NCBI GenBank assembly: GCA_017513085.1
Contig: JAFWDK010000010.1
Coordinates: 288,001 to 352,000, forward strand
Direction of reading: 5' to 3'
Length of the DNA stretch: 64,000 bases
Origin: Clostridiales bacterium
GTDB lineage: Bacteria; Bacillota; Clostridia; Saccharofermentanales; Saccharofermentanaceae
Shown: piece by piece, positions 59,039-64,000 of the stretch
Layout of the letters: each line of letters starts with the position of its first letter
How positions within the stretch are numbered: the stretch's first letter is position 1
Program-made: the position numbers and the translations under genes
The notes under the pieces: generated by a model
The model's input: the letters and a program-made list of their open reading frames with translations, nothing else
Told to the model about the DNA's origin: nothing
Databases searched by the model: none

Positions 59039-60733
59039 ATGAAAAAACAAATCCTGTCCATACTTCTCGCTATCGCGATCCTTTCCTCTGCTGCATGCAG
59101 CAACAGCAAAGATCAGACTTCCGCAGCTTCATCCATCGTATCCTCAGAGATCTCCAAGGTCGAAACAACTTCTGCACAGAAGCCTGAAACAAGTGAAGCC
59201 CCAAAGGAAACCAATGCTTCTACCGAAACTTCGGAAACCGCATCTTCCGGTCCGGTTCTCACGCCGCTTTCAAATCAGACACAACGAGAAAAGAATCAAT
59301 ACGACCTGCACGTTACGCTCGATGACACGAATAAAACACTAAAAGTCGACCAGAAGCTGAAATATGTCAATAACACCGATGCCAATCTAGATGAGATCTA
59401 CTTTAACGTCATCCCCGCCGCGTTTTCCAAGAATGGCGGAAAAGTTTCCTTTGACTCGGTTCAGGCCAATGGAAAAGCACTGTCTATGGACAATGTTCAG
59501 GAGACAGTATATAAGATCAAACTTGACACTCCGCTCAAAAAAGGCGACACACTGGATCTGGATATGCAGTATACACTGACCATTCCCGGCATCGCGAACC
59601 GCTACGGCTATGTGAAAGAATGCTATAACCTTGGAAATTTCATCGCGACACCGGCGCTTTTCGAAAACGGAAACTGGCTCGTTCAGCCCTATATTGATAT
59701 CGGAGATGCCTTCTATACTGAAATTGCTGATTACAAGGTCAAGATCGACGTCCCGGAAGGATATACCGTATGTGCGAGCGGAACATTGAAAGACGGAGTA
59801 TATGAAGCAAGCGACATGCGTGACTTTGCCTTCAGTGCCGCAAAAGATCTAAAAGAACTAACCGAAAAGCATGAAGATTGCACGATCCATGTTTATTACA
59901 GTGAAGCATGCCAATACCAGGCCGAAACAGTCATGAAATCTGCCAAGGAGTCTTTGGAACTGTTTAACAAGACACTTGGCAAGTATCCTTATGAATCGCT
60001 TAGCCTGCTTCTTTGCAGCGTAGCCGATGACATCGGAGGAATGGAATATCCCGGAATGATCCTTTTACAGACACATAATCACCAGGACATCTTGTACAAA
60101 TATGTTAACGGACTTCTTTCTGACGACGAAATCATTAATGAAATTGAAAAAGGCAAACTCGAATTGGGCCTTCCGGAAGGACTGGATGGCGAGCCACTAA
60201 AGGGCGATGAATTAAAAAAAGAGATACTCACAACAACAAGCGAACTGAACATCACTACCGCGCATGAGATCGCACATCAGTGGTTCTACGGAATCGTCGG
60301 AAATGATGAGATCCGTCACGCCTGGCTCGATGAAGGATTCGCCCGCTTCTTCGACCACTATTATGCGGAAAAATGCCTGACTGAGCTTGATTCCGAAAGA
60401 TTTGGAATCGGACAACTGATTGGCGCGAACCAGTTTTTCACCGATCAATACAACGGTAAGACCGGCGGAGATATGTACGCGGATCTGAATAAGTCCTTAT
60501 ATGATTACCGCACCCAGCCACTGGATTACTGGGATATCTACGAGAAAGGCGCCGCTTTACTTTCCAAATTCTACTATGATCTCGGAGAAGATGCTTTCGT
60601 CAGAACCATAAAGGAATACGTACAGACCTTTGCCTTCTCCGAAGTCGATCCGGAAGAATTCAAGGATTTCTGGTCAAAGAAAGGCAACTTCGAAGAAGTA
60701 TTCAAGATCTACTTTCAAAAATCAGCCAATTAA
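59039..60733 (+). CDS. M1-family zinc metallopeptidase lipoprotein
   Basis: Lipobox SAAC; GGMEYP; HEIAHQWFYG.VGND...WLDEG; YEKGA. Confidence 0.9.
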   Translation: MKKQILSILLAIAILSSAACSNSKDQTSAASSIVSSEISKVETTSAQKPETSEAPKETNASTETSETASSGPVLTPLSNQTQREKNQYDLHVTLDDTNKTLKVDQKLKYVNNTDANLDEIYFNVIPAAFSKNGGKVSFDSVQANGKALSMDNVQETVYKIKLDTPLKKGDTLDLDMQYTLTIPGIANRYGYVKECYNLGNFIATPALFENGNWLVQPYIDIGDAFYTEIADYKVKIDVPEGYTVCASGTLKDGVYEASDMRDFAFSAAKDLKELTEKHEDCTIHVYYSEACQYQAETVMKSAKESLELFNKTLGKYPYESLSLLLCSVADDIGGMEYPGMILLQTHNHQDILYKYVNGLLSDDEIINEIEKGKLELGLPEGLDGEPLKGDELKKEILTTTSELNITTAHEIAHQWFYGIVGNDEIRHAWLDEGFARFFDHYYAEKCLTELDSERFGIGQLIGANQFFTDQYNGKTGGDMYADLNKSLYDYRTQPLDYWDIYEKGAALLSKFYYDLGEDAFVRTIKEYVQTFAFSEVDPEEFKDFWSKKGNFEEVFKIYFQKSAN

Positions 60734-60764
60734 CAAACAACACTTCCAGTTTCATACATCACTT

Positions 60765-60806
60765 AGGAAGCTGCCACTGCTGAACTCTCGGCGTGGCAGT
60801 TTTCCT
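60765..60806 (+). terminator. Hairpin after the M1 peptidase gene
   Basis: AGGAAGCTGCCAC...GTGGCAGTTTTCCT. Confidence 0.55.
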
Positions 60807-60814
60807 GCGAAATA

Positions 60815-60845
60815 AAAAAGAGACTGCCATAATGACAGTCTCTTT
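60815..60845 (-). terminator. rplS terminator
   Basis: AAAGAGACTG-ccataatga-CAGTCTCTTT stem; T-run follows on the minus strand. Confidence 0.75.
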
Positions 60846-60870
60846 CATTTGTATCGATAAGTGATTCGAA

Positions 60871-61224
60871 TTACTTCTTAGAAGAAAGCTTCTCAGTAAT
60901 TCTTGCTGCCTTACCAACGCGTCCACGCAGATAATACAGCTTCGCTCTTCTTACACGGCCCTTACGGACGATCTCAATCTTATCAATGTTAGGAGAATGA
61001 ACGGGTAAAACACGCTCAACGCCTACGCCATAGGAGAGACGGCGAATTGTCATGGTCTCAGAAAGACCGCCGCCCTTACGTGCAATCACATAGCCTTCAA
61101 ATACCTGGATACGTTCTCTGGAACCTTCCTTGATCTTCAGATGAGCCTTAACCAGATCACCAACTTCGACCTCGGAATAGCTATTACGCAGGTTATCCTG
61201 CTCGACTGCTTTAACTAAATCCAT
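60871..61224 (-). CDS. rplS: 50S ribosomal protein L19
   Basis: [32 protein letters not shown]; start MDLVK after GAGGAGG. Confidence 0.97.
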   Translation of the reverse strand: MDLVKAVEQDNLRNSYSEVEVGDLVKAHLKIKEGSRERIQVFEGYVIARKGGGLSETMTIRRLSYGVGVERVLPVHSPNIDKIEIVRKGRVRRAKLYYLRGRVGKAARITEKLSSKK

Positions 61225-61247
61225 ATTCTTTTCCTCCTCTTCTGATA

Positions 61248-61323
61248 GATGTTCATGCCGGATCTTGCAGCGGACCATCACTTTTAGCCGTTAAATGATA
61301 ACATAACGATTTTGTAGATGCAA
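61248..61323 (-). promoter_or_regulatory. rplS promoter and L19 leader
   Basis: TTGCAT-17-TATCAT (61323-61295); hairpin GATGGTCCGCTGC...GCATGAACATC (61279-61248) matches the Firmicute L19_leader pattern GAUGUUCCGCUG...GAACAUC. Confidence 0.75.
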
Positions 61324-61390
61324 GTGTTTTCTGCGTTTTTCAGTACTTTCTTTTTCAAAAGCACCATATGCCAGTGCTTCAAGATGCTAT

Positions 61391-62035
61391 TCAGTCGTTT
61401 TTCTTTACAAAATACGCATATCCGACTTCGTACGGATGATCAAAAAGCATAGAGTTCTTATGCTTTCGTAATGTGAAGATAACCATTAAATCCCCACTTC
61501 CGCCAACAACACCTATGATTCCGAATGTAACAAGAAAAATAACATTTAACAAGATACCCAAAATTATCGGTAATATACCGATAATCAGTGTCGGAGCGAT
61601 TGAACCCCAGAAATAAGGAACAACTTTGAGAGGTTCCCGACAATGACAATATGGAGTTACATTTTTCGGGTTGAACCCGAAATCGATGCTTTCCCATTTC
61701 TTTTTACAATAAAAATGCCAGAAGAAACCGTGTATAAATTCATGAACAAATATCGACGCGGCAAATACAGCCATAAATATGAGCATTCCCGAAATCCCTG
61801 GCAACCCGAATAGGTGATCTGCATTGAAGGCGGAATCACCATGTATCAGCACGAAAAAGAAAAAAGAAACAGAACCAACAAAAAGCATTACTGCTAATCC
61901 GAAGATGTTGGCACCCAGCACACTGATCTTTTCAAGTCTGGCTTCGTACCCTTTCTTATCCATTTCTTCCACAAGATCCGAATATTCTTTCTTTTTTCTT
62001 TCACGGATCTTCTCGTTTTCAATTTCAATTCTCAT
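61391..62035 (-). CDS. DUF3267-type membrane zincin metalloprotease
   Basis: Multiple TMs, VHEFIHG, PYCHC.EPL, GGSGDL, DHP..VG. Confidence 0.8.
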   Translation of the reverse strand: MRIEIENEKIRERKKKEYSDLVEEMDKKGYEARLEKISVLGANIFGLAVMLFVGSVSFFFFVLIHGDSAFNADHLFGLPGISGMLIFMAVFAASIFVHEFIHGFFWHFYCKKKWESIDFGFNPKNVTPYCHCREPLKVVPYFWGSIAPTLIIGILPIILGILLNVIFLVTFGIIGVVGGSGDLMVIFTLRKHKNSMLFDHPYEVGYAYFVKKND

Positions 62036-62795
62036 TTTTATGAATACTATTCCGTTCTTGAGTTTCTTTGTCTATTTCAAGGAGTTTTTTCCAGTCTTCT
62101 GCCGAAACATCCAGCTTTACTAGCATATCCGGTCGTTTCTTCCAGGTATCGTAAAGGCCATGAAGTCTCTTCCACTCTTTGATCTTCGCATGGTTACCGG
62201 AAAGCATGACTTCCGGGACTTCTTGATCATGCCAGATATTCGGCTTCGTATATTGAGGCGCTTCAAGATATCCCTGCATATGGGATTCTTCTTCATAAGC
62301 TTCAGAATTAGGAAGTACTCCCGGAATCATTCTTGAAATACAATCGATCACCACGCAGGCAGCCACTTCTCCACCAGTCAAAACATAATCGCCGATGGAA
62401 ATCTCTTCATCCACGATTTCATCAAGAACACGCTGATCGATGCCTTCGTAATGCCCACAGAGAAACACAAGATGATCAAACGAAGCAAGTTCTCTTGCCT
62501 TGGACTGAGTAAGGACTTGTCCCTTCGGACTCATAAAGATACAATGTGGTTTCTTCTCGCTATCTCTGTTATACAATGACGAAAAAGCCTGATAAACAGG
62601 CTCGCACTGCATAAGCATACCGGTTCCGCCGCCGAACAAGGTATCGTCAACCTTTCCGTAACGGTTTCCGGCAAAATCACGAATGTCGATACATTCAACA
62701 GAAAGAACGCCTTTTTCCATGGCACGACCAAGTATGCTTTCAGACAGAAAGTTCTTCACTTGATTCGGAAATAGAGTCAATACAGAATATCTCAT
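62025..62795 (-). CDS. trmD: tRNA (guanine37-N1)-methyltransferase
   Basis: VLTLFP, VDDTLFGGG.GM, CGHYEGIDQR, SIGDYVLTGGE, SGNH. Confidence 0.97.
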   Translation of the reverse strand: MRYSVLTLFPNQVKNFLSESILGRAMEKGVLSVECIDIRDFAGNRYGKVDDTLFGGGTGMLMQCEPVYQAFSSLYNRDSEKKPHCIFMSPKGQVLTQSKARELASFDHLVFLCGHYEGIDQRVLDEIVDEEISIGDYVLTGGEVAACVVIDCISRMIPGVLPNSEAYEEESHMQGYLEAPQYTKPNIWHDQEVPEVMLSGNHAKIKEWKRLHGLYDTWKKRPDMLVKLDVSAEDWKKLLEIDKETQERNSIHKNEN

Positions 62796-62803
62796 ATCCT
62801 GCC

Positions 62804-63328
62804 TCACTCGTAAATCTCATAAAGTCCATCCGGCAAAGTGACATGCATTTTGCCGCCTTCAAGATCCACTTCCGTTACGATGGAGTTCAAATACGGGATA
62901 AGAAGTTCATTCTTTCCTTTCCGCTCGCAAAGGATAATATCACTGGCGCCCGAATTGATCACATCCTTGATTTTCCCAAGTTCACCACGCACACTGTCAA
63001 CGACGACAAGACCGATCAGATCCGCGATGAAATATCTTCCTTTCGGAAGTTTAACGGCATCTTCACGTTTAACGGCAATATACATACCTGAAAGTTTGGC
63101 GGCTTCGTCTCTGTCATCAAGTCCTTCAAACTTCAGCAGCGTCCTGCTTGGATCCACTCTTCGGCCAACGACCTTCTTCGTATCTTTAAGATTCTCCTTG
63201 GTATCTAAGAGCATACATTGTTTTAATGAAGAAAAACGACGTACATTATCCGTGAGAGGAGAAATCTTCACCTCTCCACGAACTCCATGTACGCCGGTTA
63301 TCTTACCTATGATCAGATAGTCTTTCAT
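62804..63328 (-). CDS. rimM: 16S rRNA processing protein RimM
   Basis: GKI.GVHGVRGEVK, YFIADLIG, GASD, LIPY. Confidence 0.95.
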   Translation of the reverse strand: MKDYLIIGKITGVHGVRGEVKISPLTDNVRRFSSLKQCMLLDTKENLKDTKKVVGRRVDPSRTLLKFEGLDDRDEAAKLSGMYIAVKREDAVKLPKGRYFIADLIGLVVVDSVRGELGKIKDVINSGASDIILCERKGKNELLIPYLNSIVTEVDLEGGKMHVTLPDGLYEIYE

Positions 63329-63552
63329 CCGATGATATCAACGATGACACGCTTGCCTTCACGAAGATACTTAGCCTTCATGATGGAACGGATCGCCTGA
63401 GCACGACGACCACCCTTACCGATAACTTTACCCATATCTTCCGGGTTTACGGTAAGCTCGAGGACAACAGAGTTTCCTCTTTCAGACTTCTTTACGACAA
63501 CATCCTCAGGATGATTGACCAGAGATTTGGCCATTGTAGTTAATAATTCCAT
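63325..63552 (-). CDS. khpA: KH-domain RNA-binding protein KhpA (YlqC)
   Basis: LVNHPEDV, DMGKVIGKGGR.A.AIR; conserved position between rpsP and rimM. Confidence 0.93.
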   Translation of the reverse strand: MELLTTMAKSLVNHPEDVVVKKSERGNSVVLELTVNPEDMGKVIGKGGRRAQAIRSIMKAKYLREGKRVIVDIIG

Positions 63553-63623
63553 TTTTCAAAATGCAGCATGAAAATAGAAGTAGGTGTGCTGCTTGCCTCC
63601 TGTTTGAATTGGAAGTAATGGGA

Positions 63624-63872
63624 TTACTTCTCGATAGCACCTGTCTTCTTCAAAAGAGCACGAACTGTATCTGTCGGCTGTGCGCCGTTAGCGATCCACT
63701 TCTTAGCAGCTTCATTGTCGATATTGATCTCAGCCGGCTCAACGAGCGGATTGTATGTACCGATCTCCTCGATGAAACGACCATCACGCGGATAACGACC
63801 ATCTGCTACAACTACACGATAGAAAGGAGCCTTCTTAGCACCCATTCTTCTCAAACGAATCTTTACTGCCAT
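63624..63872 (-). CDS. rpsP: 30S ribosomal protein S16
   Basis: [37 protein letters not shown]. Confidence 0.98.
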   Translation of the reverse strand: MAVKIRLRRMGAKKAPFYRVVVADGRYPRDGRFIEEIGTYNPLVEPAEINIDNEAAKKWIANGAQPTDTVRALLKKTGAIEK

Positions 63873-63974
63873 TTTTCTTTCCTCCTAGCAATAATACAAT
63901 TATGTTTTTTCTATATATTCTCGCGTCAGTTTTCCTTTCGAAAAGCACTTTCTTGGGAAGTGCGCGTGAACATC

Positions 63975-64000
63975 TTATTTAAACGGAGAATTCTTTCCTC
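63975..64000 (-). CDS. Probable 3' tip of the upstream gene (by synteny possibly ffh), truncated by window edge
   Basis: Minus strand ...GKNSPFK*; ffh commonly precedes rpsP and often ends in a PF-like tail; too short to confirm. Confidence 0.3.

Noticed and set aside
1-64000. CRISPR arrays, IS elements, rRNA genes, defence systems
   Set aside because: I saw no spaced direct-repeat arrays, transposase or cas ORFs, or rRNA signatures by eye.

Overview
Core-chromosome window from a low-GC Gram-positive anaerobe (Clostridia; the DUF4214/BspA surface protein and general gene content suggest a rumen or gut Oscillospiraceae/Saccharofermentans-like lineage, which is an inference). Contents in order: a Xer-type tyrosine recombinase, asd, three tRNAs, galE, a MoxR/DUF58/VWA/TPR (Bat-like) operon, a PyrR-attenuated pyr operon, acyl-CoA synthetase-tldD-tldE, a PBP5-like gene, miaB-mutS-mutL-miaA-hfq, lexA, T-box-controlled leuA, assorted metabolic genes, a large BspA-LRR surface protein and the rpsP-khpA-rimM-trmD-rplS / rbgA-rnhB-yraN region. 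I saw no CRISPR array, IS element or prophage. The main signal is architectural. Nearly all genes converge on about 31.6 kb (27 of 30 CDS and all tRNAs on + to the left, 24 of 26 CDS on - to the right), which marks the probable replication terminus. Exactly there, in an intergenic gap, is a perfect 13-bp inverted repeat with a 6-bp asymmetric spacer (CAATTAAACAAAA-TCACAG-TTTTGTTTAATTG). It resembles single-recombinase dif sites (difSL/difH), and a lone Xer-like recombinase lies about 30 kb away, so this is a candidate clostridial single-Xer/dif chromosome dimer resolution system. Secondary findings: an unannotated 38-aa membrane peptide behind LexA boxes (candidate SOS division inhibitor), a PBP lacking the SxxK lysine, a highly divergent Hfq, a YgjP-family gene coupled to the pyr operon, and a hairpin-split ribosome binding site before khpA. 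All assignments come from reading the sequence by eye; no searches were run.
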